From Candidatus Nanoarchaeia archaeon (GTDB lineage: Archaea > Nanobdellota > Nanobdellia > Woesearchaeales > JANQNC01): 32,000 bases of DNA. The stretch lies in the NCBI GenBank assembly GCA_028279745.1, contig JANQNC010000001.1, forward strand, positions 1,110,001-1,142,000. The letters are read 5' to 3'. The position numbers were made by a program, and so were the translations under genes. Below are positions 16,842 through 25,456 of the stretch, one piece after another. Each line of letters opens with the position of its first letter. The stretch's first letter is position 1. Under the pieces are notes generated by a model, which ran no database searches, was not told the DNA's origin, and worked only from the letters and a program-made list of their open reading frames with translations.

Positions 16842-17048
16842 ATGTCATCAAAAGCTATAATCTTGAATTGTGTAAGGGATATCCTGGAAAAACAGGATGA
16901 AGATATGTCTGCAGTATTTGAGGAAGTATATAAAGAAAAGGTGACTCTTAACACACTTATCTCTTTGATGATAAAAAAAGGGATAATAAGCAAAGAAGAG
17001 TTCAAGGCAGAGATGATAAAAATAAGAAAGGAAATCAGGGATGAATAA
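16842..17048 (+). CDS. Hypothetical small helical protein (68 aa)
   Basis: SD GGAGGGA lies 12 nt upstream. The composition is protein-like, unlike the overlapping minus-strand ORF 16787..17068. Confidence 0.5.
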   Translation: MSSKAIILNCVRDILEKQDEDMSAVFEEVYKEKVTLNTLISLMIKKGIISKEEFKAEMIKIRKEIRDE

Positions 17049-17738
17049 TCACAGCAGCCCTTTCTCATTCAAGCTTAGGTATCTATCGTTTCCCACAATT
17101 AGATGATCGAGAACGGGTATACCTAAAATATCTCCAGCTTTTGAGATCTGCTTCGACACATCAATATCCTCATCACTAGGACTAAGATCTCCTGAAGGGT
17201 GATTATGTGCTATAATCACAGCTGCCGCTGACTCAGCAAGCGCAACATTAAATATCTCCCTTGGGTGGATTACAGAAGAATCAAGACTTCCTATGAAGAT
17301 AGTCTCTTGTTTTATTATCTTTTTCCTAGCGTCCAAAAATAAACCGATAAAATGCTCTTTCTTAAGATTAGAAAGAACAGGCATCAATATCTTTGCAGCA
17401 TCTTTTGCAGAATTAATTGCTTTTCTTTTTTCGGTCTTTGATGATGATAATCTTCTTCCAAGCTCAAAGCAAGCTAAGATCTGACAAGCTTTAGCTTCCC
17501 CAATACCAAAATTATTTCTTAAGCTGCTGATTCTAACTCTAGATAAACCTTTGATATCATATTCTTTAATCAATCGCTTAGACAACTCAAGAGCATTCTC
17601 TTTCTTATTTCCTATCCTGATTATTATGGATAATAATTCAGCAGCGCTTAACGCTTTCGGACCTGATCCGATTAACTTTTCTCTTGGTCTTTCGTCTCTT
17701 GGAAAATCCTTTATTTTAAGTTTATAGTATTGCATCAA
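17049..17738 (-). CDS. radC: RadC-family JAB/MPN-domain protein
   Basis: N-terminal HhH-like region (PRDERPREKL...LSAAELLSIIIRIG). JAMM motif HNHPSGDLSPSDEDI and C-terminal DHLIVG. Confidence 0.85.
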   Translation of the reverse strand: MMQYYKLKIKDFPRDERPREKLIGSGPKALSAAELLSIIIRIGNKKENALELSKRLIKEYDIKGLSRVRISSLRNNFGIGEAKACQILACFELGRRLSSSKTEKRKAINSAKDAAKILMPVLSNLKKEHFIGLFLDARKKIIKQETIFIGSLDSSVIHPREIFNVALAESAAAVIIAHNHPSGDLSPSDEDIDVSKQISKAGDILGIPVLDHLIVGNDRYLSLNEKGLL

Positions 17739-17863
17739 TACTTATAATGTATTCTGGCCTTTTATATGTGATTACAGCGGATGACCAGTGTCCAGTGCAT
17801 ATCAAAAAACCATAACCCTTATAAATGGAAATACCTCAAATATATACAATAAGGGGTGATTTG

Positions 17864-18793
17864 ATGGCAAGAGGAGGACTGATTGTACTTATAATTCTAG
17901 GAGTAGTAATACTTAGCACAATCCTTACAAGCGTAGTCGTATTTGTAGAAGAAGAATTAGGATTAATGGATGGCACAGGAAGAGTGGCATTGATAAGACT
18001 AGATGGAGAGATAATGCCTGCAGCAGAACAAACATTGTTCGGGCCGACAGCAGGACTAACAGCTGAAAGAGTAAAAGCAGACATAGAAAGAGCAGAAACA
18101 CTAAGAGTAGATGCAATAATCTTTGAAGTCAACTCACCTGGTGGAACTGTATTAGCAACAAAAGAGATAGGAGAAGAGATCAAAAAAGTAGAAGTGCCAA
18201 AGATAGCAGTCGTAAAAGAGTTAGCAGCATCAGGAGGATACTGGATTGCATCAACAACAGACTACATAATTGCAGATGAGATGAGCATATTAGGATCAAT
18301 CGGAGTGTTACTAGGATCACCAGTAGAAATTTCTGGACTGATGGAAAAGTACGGGATAAATTACACACAGATCACAGCAGGAAAATATAAAGATGCAGGC
18401 ACACCACTAAGACCGATGACAGAAGAAGAAAAAACTTTACTACAACAAAAAACAGACCTTATACATGAACAATTCAAAATAGAAATAATGGAAAATAGGG
18501 GCATGACTTACGAACAAGTAAGCCAAGTGTCAGAAGGATTATTCTATCTGGGAATAGAATCAGTAGACAACGGATTAATAGACCAGATAGGAAACCAAGA
18601 GACAGCAGAAGAACTATTGAAGGAGAAACTAAACGTATCAGAAATAAAGATCATAGAGATGGAACAAGAACCAACACTGCTGGAAGCACTATCGGGAGGA
18701 GTGTCAATGGGATTCTTCCAGATGGGAAAAGGAATAGGGACTGCATTAAAAGAAGTTAAGACTTCAGTCAACAAAATAGAGGTATTCACATGA
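17864..18793 (+). CDS. sppA: Signal peptide peptidase SppA (S49 family, 36K type)
   Basis: N-terminal TM, then NSPGGTV, AASGGYWIA and SIGVL. I prefer the ATG at 17864 over 17825 because SD AAGGGGTGAT sits 4 nt upstream and a TATA (CTTATAAATGG) overlaps 17825. Confidence 0.8.
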   Translation: MARGGLIVLIILGVVILSTILTSVVVFVEEELGLMDGTGRVALIRLDGEIMPAAEQTLFGPTAGLTAERVKADIERAETLRVDAIIFEVNSPGGTVLATKEIGEEIKKVEVPKIAVVKELAASGGYWIASTTDYIIADEMSILGSIGVLLGSPVEISGLMEKYGINYTQITAGKYKDAGTPLRPMTEEEKTLLQQKTDLIHEQFKIEIMENRGMTYEQVSQVSEGLFYLGIESVDNGLIDQIGNQETAEELLKEKLNVSEIKIIEMEQEPTLLEALSGGVSMGFFQMGKGIGTALKEVKTSVNKIEVFT

Positions 18794-19233
18794 TAGACTG
18801 GACATACATAGTAGAAGCGATAATTGTTTTGATCATAGTGTCAATCATTTTTACATTACTGAAAAAAGCAGTAAAGATGGTTGCATTAGGAATAGTGATA
18901 CTGTTGATGTTAACAGTATTTTCAGTATTCTTAATCAACCAAGACCTGAAAACATTTGACGATGCGCTTTTTAGGTTGACAGATGAAGAAGGAAATCTAA
19001 TGATGGTCTATAAAGGAGAACTTAGTGAGGGGATGTTTGGAAATGTAAGATCGATAGACGTGAATGCATCACACTTTGAACTAGATGAAGAAAACACCTT
19101 CGACAAAGCACTCGCAGCTAAGTTAAATGGAACAGACAAAGAAAATCAAATGTACTTAATTGAAAATTCAGAATCACAACCTGAAACAGCAGCATACAGA
19201 CTAAAACCAATAACGAAACTAATACTAAGATGA
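18790..19233 (+). CDS. Hypothetical two-TM membrane protein
   Basis: Two hydrophobic helices (IVEAIIVLIIVSIIFTLL and MVALGIVILLMLTVFSVFLI). ATGA overlaps with both flanking genes. Confidence 0.6.
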   Translation: MIDWTYIVEAIIVLIIVSIIFTLLKKAVKMVALGIVILLMLTVFSVFLINQDLKTFDDALFRLTDEEGNLMMVYKGELSEGMFGNVRSIDVNASHFELDEENTFDKALAAKLNGTDKENQMYLIENSESQPETAAYRLKPITKLILR

Positions 19234-21713
19234 AAAAAACTCTTGCTCTAATAACATTTTTTACATTTTTATTCTGTTTAACAACTGTAACAGCAGACAC
19301 ATACGCAGCAGACAAGATAATAGATGATTGGTTATTTTCACAAGAAACAATAACTGCAAAAGGAGAAGTCTACACAATCTTTATCGACTTAGGACTAGAC
19401 TCTATAAGCTTACGTGATGAAAATGGGGAGTACACAAAAATAAATCTGGGGCTTTGTAAAAGAATAGAAGACTTAGGATTTTGTCTGCAAGAGATAGAAT
19501 ACGACTTTGATGAAAAAGACGAAAAAGCAAGAATAGAAGTCTATGATCTGGAGGTCATAATAAACGTCACAAGAGAGATAACTGACGGAGGGTTGTTAAC
19601 GGGAGAAGAAACAACATTAACCGTAACACTAGATAATGACGGAGACGAAGATGTATATCTAAAGTTCATAGATGAATTTCCAAAAGGGATAGAAGTGTCA
19701 AAAGTTTCAGGCGGGGCAAAGCTTGAAAATAACATTGTCACATGGGAAGGTATGCTAAGAAAAAACCAAGATGAAGAGATAGAATATGAGATAAGAGCAG
19801 TTGAAGATGTAGACACAACTTTAGTGGGCAGGTTAGTCTATGAAGGTGAAGTGTATTATACTGAAAGAATAAAACTAAAATCCGAAACAGTCCTAGAAAC
19901 GGAGTTAAACTGGGAATACGAACCTTTAGTTCTAGGAGATGAGATAGAACTAAACGTAACACTGAAAAATGTAGAAGAAGACGAGATAGAGATAAACAAT
20001 TTTACCATATACTTCCCACCTGAACTATCTGTAAGAAAAGGAGGAAGACAGGTAACAAGCTACTTCTGGGACGGCGATATAAAAGAAGGTTCTACAAAGA
20101 ACTTAACAAGGTTTGAAGTGAATGCACAAAACCCTGGGATAAGCAAGATAAGAACAATAGCAAACTTTGATTTCCAAGATAAACACGACTTAATAATAAA
20201 AGATGAACAGTCTATTGAGGTTAAAGAACCGCAAATCTTCATCAGGATAAGACTTGCTGAAGACGGGGAGTATGAATACGATGGAGATGGAAAAGTAGAT
20301 GCACTACAAACTGGAAAGATAAAAGTAGACATACAAAAAAGCAATCCAGAAATAAACTATACTGATCTAAACATCAACATAAGCGGTTCAGCAATAAACG
20401 ACACAATCGAAGTATTCCTGGATAAACTAGTCACAATAGAAAATGAACGAGTAGCATCAATAGATTATGTTGCACCAGACGTAAAACGAGACACAACATA
20501 TGAAGTTGAAGTCAATGTTGAATTCACAACACAATACGGAGACAGGTCATCAGAAGAGGAAGACTACGATATACAGGTAAGAGAAGCAAGACTGGTTGAA
20601 GTTGATCATGACATAGATCCACGTAGTCCTGAAGCAGGAGAAGAGACAACAATAGAAGTCAATCTGAGAAACAAAAGACTGCAAGACCTAGAAAATGTAC
20701 ACGTGTGCACAGAGAGTGATATGCCAGAAATAAAAAAGAGGTGTAGGAAATTAAACATACTCTCAGGATCAGAAATAACCGCAAATGCATTTGAGATAAA
20801 ACCACCTAGAGTAAATGAGACAACAGATTTTATAATCAACACAACGTTAGACTATGTGGATGAAAACAGAAACTACTCTCACTTTGAAGAAAAGGTGATA
20901 AAAGTAAAACCAAGAGAGCTTGAACCTGACATAGACATGAGAGTAGACGATAAAGACATCCCTCTCGGAGGAGAAACGCTGGTCAGCTACAGAATAAAAA
21001 ATAACGAAGAAGAAACAATCAAAGGGTTAACATTGAATTTTGAACCCTCTCAATACTTTGACATAATAGGCAACACAACGTATTACGTTGGAAACATTGA
21101 CCCTGATGAGGAATTAAACCTGTATGATGTTCACGCAGTCCGAGCAAAGAAAAACGAGACACAAAAAATGGATAGAACTGTTGCTAAATTCGAAGACTTC
21201 TACTTCGGAAGAAAGTTTGAGGAAAACTCATCGCAAGTAACATTCAAAGTAACAAACTCTTACTTCTCAGGTCCGATGATAATAGCAAATAAGACAGCAC
21301 CTTCAGAAGTAAATGAATCACAATTCTTCACAGTTGTTATAGATCTTGAGAACATAGGAACCCGATCACAAAAAGTAAAGTTTGATGTTGGCGGGGTTGA
21401 GTATGAAAAAGATGTATATGCGGGCAAGACTGCGCAAGTGAGTTATGAGATGAAAATAGATGAACCCGGAGACAAACAGTTAGTGCCTAAAACTGTAATC
21501 AGTTATGAGTATGACGGCAATAAATACACAACTGCAACAAACGATCAAAAAATAAAAGTCAAAGCAAAACCAAAAGAAAAACCAAAAGATCCGGCTATTG
21601 ATACTGTCAAAGGAGAAACAGAAACATTTAAAACAATCAAAACCACAGATGAAAGAAAACCAGTAATAGTCCAAATAATAGACTTTTTCAAAAATCTATT
21701 CGGAGGAGAATAA
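19230..21713 (+). CDS. Large secreted protein with at least 5 DUF11/CARDB-like beta-sandwich repeats
   Basis: Signal peptide MKKTLALITFFTFLFCLTTVTADTYA. Repeated pattern: GEETTLTVTLDNDGDEDVYLKFIDEFPKGIEV, GDEIELNVTLKNVEEDEIEINNFTIYFPPEL, GEETTIEVNLRN, GETLVSYRIKNNEEETIKGLTLNFEP, FFTVVIDLENIGTRSQKV. Confidence 0.75.
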   Translation: MKKTLALITFFTFLFCLTTVTADTYAADKIIDDWLFSQETITAKGEVYTIFIDLGLDSISLRDENGEYTKINLGLCKRIEDLGFCLQEIEYDFDEKDEKARIEVYDLEVIINVTREITDGGLLTGEETTLTVTLDNDGDEDVYLKFIDEFPKGIEVSKVSGGAKLENNIVTWEGMLRKNQDEEIEYEIRAVEDVDTTLVGRLVYEGEVYYTERIKLKSETVLETELNWEYEPLVLGDEIELNVTLKNVEEDEIEINNFTIYFPPELSVRKGGRQVTSYFWDGDIKEGSTKNLTRFEVNAQNPGISKIRTIANFDFQDKHDLIIKDEQSIEVKEPQIFIRIRLAEDGEYEYDGDGKVDALQTGKIKVDIQKSNPEINYTDLNINISGSAINDTIEVFLDKLVTIENERVASIDYVAPDVKRDTTYEVEVNVEFTTQYGDRSSEEEDYDIQVREARLVEVDHDIDPRSPEAGEETTIEVNLRNKRLQDLENVHVCTESDMPEIKKRCRKLNILSGSEITANAFEIKPPRVNETTDFIINTTLDYVDENRNYSHFEEKVIKVKPRELEPDIDMRVDDKDIPLGGETLVSYRIKNNEEETIKGLTLNFEPSQYFDIIGNTTYYVGNIDPDEELNLYDVHAVRAKKNETQKMDRTVAKFEDFYFGRKFEENSSQVTFKVTNSYFSGPMIIANKTAPSEVNESQFFTVVIDLENIGTRSQKVKFDVGGVEYEKDVYAGKTAQVSYEMKIDEPGDKQLVPKTVISYEYDGNKYTTATNDQKIKVKAKPKEKPKDPAIDTVKGETETFKTIKTTDERKPVIVQIIDFFKNLFGGE

Positions 21714-22108
21714 TGAACCTACCATTTTTCAAAAAGAAAGAAGAAAAAGATGAATTGCCTGGATTAGATGAAGGACTTCCAGGAGCAGAACCGCTGCCTG
21801 GAGCAGAACCAACACTGCCGGGTTCAGAACCGAACCTTCCAGGAATGCCTTCAGAAACAACAACCGAAACATCTGGAGGAGTACAGACAACTTTTCAACC
21901 GCCAGGCGCACCAGAACAAGAAGAGCTTATGCCTTCAGTAAAACCTGGTCTGCAACACTCACCAATAGAACCAAAACAAGACTATACATCACCAAAAGAT
22001 CTCGAGATAGTTTCTGCTAAGCTAGATAACTTAAGACTAAGCTTTGAAGTATTAAACCAGAAACTAGACAACATCGAAAAGATGTTAAGAGAGAAAAGGA
22101 CTTGGTGA
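21713..22108 (+). CDS. Pro-rich LPG-repeat protein with a C-terminal coiled coil
   Basis: TAATG overlap with the upstream gene. Five LPGxEP-type repeats, then LEIVSAKLDNLRLSFEVLNQKLDNIEKMLREK. Confidence 0.6.
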   Translation: MNLPFFKKKEEKDELPGLDEGLPGAEPLPGAEPTLPGSEPNLPGMPSETTTETSGGVQTTFQPPGAPEQEELMPSVKPGLQHSPIEPKQDYTSPKDLEIVSAKLDNLRLSFEVLNQKLDNIEKMLREKRTW

Positions 22109-22231
22109 ATGACTTTCTTAAAAGACACGACCGGAGGAGTTTCACTTTAATGAAATCTAGTGTAGTTTTTTAAGTTAAGTTCAATTGAAGCAGTAAATGT
22201 TATAAACGAAGAATACTATGTTGGTGTATAG

Positions 22232-22251
22232 GCAGCTCCACTTGTCGCTGC
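22232..22251 (+). repeat. Hairpin-family copy: GCAGC-TCCACTTGTC-GCTGC followed by TCTTTTGAAAG
   Basis: 5-bp stem with a 10-nt loop, 11 nt upstream of the lspA ATG. Confidence 0.45.
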
Positions 22252-22262
22252 TCTTTTGAAAG

Positions 22263-22712
22263 ATGAAAAGGAAAAACTTGATGATTGTTTTGGTGTCTTT
22301 GGTTATTGTTTTACTAGACCAATTAACAAAAGGATTAGTTAGACATAACATGCAAACTGGTGAGAGCATACCTTTACTAAACAATTTTTTACACTTGACA
22401 TATGTTCAAAATGCGGGTGCGGGATTTGGGATACTGCAAGGCCAACAAGTTCTGTTTATTGTTTTGTCAGTCATTGTTCTTGGAGGCATAGCTTACTATT
22501 ACAAAAGAATTCCAGATATAGTTTCCTACAATGTTGTGACTGCAATGCTGATAGGAGGAACTATTGGAAATCTAGTTGACAGGATATTCTTAGGATATGT
22601 AGTTGATTTTTTGGATTTCAGAATTTGGCCAGTTTTCAATGTTGCAGACTCCTGTTTAACAATAGCGATAGTTATTATGATAATAATGAGCTTTAAGATG
22701 AATAAGAAATAA
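22263..22712 (+). CDS. lspA: Lipoprotein signal peptidase (signal peptidase II)
   Basis: DQLTK, NAGAGFG, GGTIGNLVDR, GYVVDFLDF and FNVADS. This is the full set of LspA motifs, including both catalytic Asp contexts. Confidence 0.85.
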   Translation: MKRKNLMIVLVSLVIVLLDQLTKGLVRHNMQTGESIPLLNNFLHLTYVQNAGAGFGILQGQQVLFIVLSVIVLGGIAYYYKRIPDIVSYNVVTAMLIGGTIGNLVDRIFLGYVVDFLDFRIWPVFNVADSCLTIAIVIMIIMSFKMNKK

Positions 22713-22714
22713 TT

Positions 22715-23269
22715 TTATCTTTTTGATGTTTTCTTCTTAGCTTTTTTCTTTGTTGATTTTTTACTTTTCTTTTTAGCAGTTTTTTTCTTACCTGATTTCT
22801 TTTTTGCTTTTTTCTTTGTTGGCTTCTTTTCAGGCTTGATCCCATAATACTTCTCAACCTTGATGTTTGAAGCAGCAATATTATCAAAAGCAGAATCGAC
22901 CTCAGCTCTAAGCTCTTTAATCGTTTTCTCGCTCAAAGATTTTCTTAAAGTCGTTGTGTTGTTAACACTTATAACAAACCCTAACGACATAAGAATTATG
23001 CCAATCACAAAAAAAGCCAAACTGACATCGGAAGTGTTAGAGAAATTTGCGATGATCATAACAATCATGTTAATCGCATAAAAGACTGAAAGCCTGAATA
23101 TCTTCTTTCTTGACTGTGTGAATGTCAGATAAACTGCACCCAGAACAAAAAGCAGTTCCCATATGACTGAACCTAAAATGTTAAACGGTTTTAAGAACCC
23201 GACAAGCGCAAAAAAACTTAACATAAGCAACAGACTGCTACCCAGTGAAAGAACTTTTTTACCCCCCAT
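22715..23269 (-). CDS. Multi-pass membrane protein with a lysine-rich C-terminal tail
   Basis: About four hydrophobic helices, then a 40-aa tail KPEKKPTKKKAKKKSGKKKTAKKKSKKSTKKKAKKKTSKR. Confidence 0.6.
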   Translation of the reverse strand: MGGKKVLSLGSSLLLMLSFFALVGFLKPFNILGSVIWELLFVLGAVYLTFTQSRKKIFRLSVFYAINMIVMIIANFSNTSDVSLAFFVIGIILMSLGFVISVNNTTTLRKSLSEKTIKELRAEVDSAFDNIAASNIKVEKYYGIKPEKKPTKKKAKKKSGKKKTAKKKSKKSTKKKAKKKTSKR

Positions 23270-23329
23270 CTTAAAATTAAGTGATGGGAAAATTATATAT
23301 AAGCCTTTCTATGCTAAAGTAGTAACTAA

Positions 23330-23707
23330 CTAGAACTCTTCAATCTCTTCCAGCTTGCTCAAGTAACCTTTGTCTTTAAGCCACTTAACCTGTGTGAAAG
23401 TGTATTTGAAAATTATGTTGCCTTTTTCATCAGCAGAATACTCCCAAGGCTCAACGATGATTATGTCATTCTCTCTGATCCACAACCTTTTCTTTAACCT
23501 TCCAGGAATAGAACAAATTCTTGTCTTGCCGTCTAAACATCTAACTCTTGCCCTGCTGCCGCCCAGTCTTTGTTCAACAATGCCAAAGGTCTCGGGAGGT
23601 CTTGGTGTTCTTACATGCCTGATAACTTCCTCTGTCTGAGGAGCTTTACCTTTCTTTTTATTGAAATTTGTCTTCTTTTTGGGCTTTTTCTTAAACATCT
23701 CCCCCAT
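23330..23707 (-). CDS. eif1a: Translation initiation factor aIF-1A
   Basis: S1-like OB core [48 protein letters not shown]. Confidence 0.9.
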   Translation of the reverse strand: MGEMFKKKPKKKTNFNKKKGKAPQTEEVIRHVRTPRPPETFGIVEQRLGGSRARVRCLDGKTRICSIPGRLKKRLWIRENDIIIVEPWEYSADEKGNIIFKYTFTQVKWLKDKGYLSKLEEIEEF

Positions 23708-23791
23708 AGTAGAAGGCTGTGGTATATAAAGGTCACTATTATTCTAAAAGGCAAAACTTTATAAACAATTCCCAAATCCTCAAGGGTAATA

Positions 23792-24172
23792 ATGGCAAGA
23801 TCACAAACAAGACCAAAACGAAAAGCAACTGGTGGAAGATATAGCAAGTTGTACAGAAAGAAGAAACAGTACGAAGTAGGAAGCACACCAGTATTGACAA
23901 AAGTAGAAGATACAAAAGCTAAAAAAGTAAGAGTTGTTGGCGGAAACGAAAAACACAAACTACTTTCTTGCGATACAGTTAACTTAATGACAAAAGAAGG
24001 CAAGTGTGTAAAAACAAAGATAAAAACAGTAGAAGACAACCCAGCAAACAGAAACTTTGTAGTCAGGAACATACTAACTAAAGGTGCAGTTATAGAAACT
24101 GAGAAAGGAAAAGCAAAGATAACAAACAGACCTGGACAAGAAGGAACTGTTAATGCATTACAGATAGAATGA
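23792..24172 (+). CDS. rps8e: 30S ribosomal protein S8e
   Basis: MARSQTRPKRKATGGRY...VRVVGGNEKHKLL...RNILTKGAVIETE is characteristic of S8e. SD AGGGT. Confidence 0.9.
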   Translation: MARSQTRPKRKATGGRYSKLYRKKKQYEVGSTPVLTKVEDTKAKKVRVVGGNEKHKLLSCDTVNLMTKEGKCVKTKIKTVEDNPANRNFVVRNILTKGAVIETEKGKAKITNRPGQEGTVNALQIE

Positions 24173-24204
24173 AACTCATTTAATTTTTTTAGGAGGAAAA
24201 AAAG

Positions 24205-24432
24205 ATGGAACAATCAAGACCACTAGATACCTTGAACCAATCAAGGGGAAAAAGAGTAATAGTAGAGACAAAGAACGGAAAACAGTACGTAGGAAAACTA
24301 ACTGCATTTGACATACACATAAATGTTGTGTTATCAGAAGCAGAAGAAAAGGTAGATGGTGAGTTAAAGAGAAAACTAGGAAACATCTTCTTACGAGGAG
24401 ACACGATCATACTAATCGCACCACAAGAATAA
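24205..24432 (+). CDS. Sm-like archaeal protein (SmAP/LSm)
   Basis: Sm1 and Sm2 motifs (GKRVIVETKNGKQYVGKLTAFDIHINVVL, IFLRGDTIILI). SD GGAGG. The neighbourhood with L37e is the conserved archaeal arrangement. Confidence 0.9.
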   Translation: MEQSRPLDTLNQSRGKRVIVETKNGKQYVGKLTAFDIHINVVLSEAEEKVDGELKRKLGNIFLRGDTIILIAPQE

Positions 24433-24433
24433 A

Positions 24434-24598
24434 ATGGGAACCGGAACAGCAGCACTAGGAAAGAAATCAGGAAAAAAGACACACATCTACTGTAGAAGAT
24501 GTGGTCAAAGAACCTATCATGCAACCAAGAAAAAATGTGCTAGCTGTGGCTTCGGTGTTAAAGCAAAACAAAGAACATACACTTGGCAAAAGAAGTGA
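24434..24598 (+). CDS. rpl37e: 50S ribosomal protein L37e (54 aa, below the track cutoff)
   Basis: Translation: MGTGTAALGKKSGKKTHIYCRRCGQRTYHATKKKCASCGFGVKAKQRTYTWQKK. It contains a CxxC...CxxC zinc ribbon and starts 1 nt after the Sm stop. Confidence 0.9.
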   Translation: MGTGTAALGKKSGKKTHIYCRRCGQRTYHATKKKCASCGFGVKAKQRTYTWQKK

Positions 24599-24602
24599 TC
24601 TC

Positions 24603-24609
24603 TTTTTTT
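24603..24609 (+). terminator. T7 run directly after rpl37e (archaeal oligo-T terminator candidate)
   Basis: tcTTTTTTTa begins 3 nt after the stop codon. Confidence 0.4.
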
Positions 24610-24722
24610 ATATTATTTGTATGTTGATTTTTTGATTTTTTAGTGTAATTTATTTTGGTTATTTTAAGGTATTATTTTTTTGGGTTTGATCTGTTTTATG
24701 TTCACATTTAATTGGGTGTTAG

Positions 24723-24742
24723 GGCGCTCTTCTTATTGCACC
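24723..24742 (+). repeat. Hairpin-family copy: GGCGC-TCTTCTTATT-GCACC followed by TCTTTTGGAAAA
   Basis: Same geometry as copy 1, with one C.A mismatch in the stem. It shares the upstream TGGGTTT...CTGTTTTATGTT block with copy 1. Confidence 0.45.
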
Positions 24743-24808
24743 TCTTTTGGAAAATTTACGGTTTTTGTGTGTGAACTTATTTAAGCATTAAGATTAATAA
24801 TCTATTTT

Positions 24809-25456
24809 ATGAACCAAATAATTCTTAATGAGCAGACTGCTTACCTTTCAGGAATGATTGTGGGTGACGGACATCTTTCTAACTCTGTAAAGTCTAAACG
24901 AAACGATGCTTCAAGAGATTATAGAATCACTTTGGACATAGTGGATAGAGAACATCTTTTTCTAGTTTTTAGAATTATAAAGGGGTTGATACAAACTAAA
25001 TCAGAACCCAAAGAAGTTAACCAAGGCGGCAACAGGATCAGGCGTTATTGTTTTCAATTTAGAAATAAAGATCTTTTTTTGTTTTTTCATGAAGAGTTAG
25101 GAATCCCAAAAGGTGCAAAGAGCTCGGTTGTGAGTGTGCCTTTGAAAATAAAGTTTTCTGGTGAAGAGATAAGGAGGAACTTTTTGGCAGGGTACTTTGA
25201 TGCAGATGGGGGTTTTAGGGGGAACACTTTGGGTTTCACCACTGCGAGTAAAAATTTAAATGAGGATATTGCAGAAATGTTGGGTGATTTTTCTTTTTCA
25301 TTTACTAAAGAGAGCTGGGTGAATAAGAAGTATGGAAAAACTTTTTTTGGTATTAGATTGAGGAGAAGTGAAATAGATAGATTTTTAAATAATTTCCCTC
25401 TCCGCAACAAAGAAAAGCTTGAAAGGATAAACAAGCGATTTAAAATCCAGGTTTAG
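24809..25456 (+). CDS. Free-standing double-motif LAGLIDADG homing endonuclease
   Basis: Two LAGLIDADG motifs: YLSGMIVGDGHL and FLAGYFDADGGF. 215 aa, an I-DmoI-like size. TATA-like CTTATTTAAGC lies ~25 nt upstream. Confidence 0.85.
   Translation: MNQIILNEQTAYLSGMIVGDGHLSNSVKSKRNDASRDYRITLDIVDREHLFLVFRIIKGLIQTKSEPKEVNQGGNRIRRYCFQFRNKDLFLFFHEELGIPKGAKSSVVSVPLKIKFSGEEIRRNFLAGYFDADGGFRGNTLGFTTASKNLNEDIAEMLGDFSFSFTKESWVNKKYGKTFFGIRLRRSEIDRFLNNFPLRNKEKLERINKRFKIQV
25439..25446 (+). promoter_or_regulatory. TATA box candidate (TTTAAAAT) for tRNA-Leu, inside the 3' end of the LAGLIDADG ORF
   Basis: Centred ~29 nt upstream of tRNA position 1, preceded by the purine-rich AAGCGA. Confidence 0.4.

Noticed and set aside
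16787-17068. 93-aa minus-strand ORF
   Set aside because: It overlaps the radC 3' end and the plus-strand 68-aa ORF. The plus-strand ORF has a GGAGGGA SD and a more protein-like composition.
17825-17863. Upstream ATG at 17825 for sppA
   Set aside because: A strong SD (AAGGGGTGAT) sits directly before the ATG at 17864, and the TATA candidate overlaps 17825.
23611-24524. Minus-strand ORFs 23611..24213 (200 aa) and 24189..24524 (111 aa)
   Set aside because: They overlap aIF1A, S8e, Sm and L37e, which are all unambiguous. The minus-strand translations are hydrophobic, F/L-rich noise.
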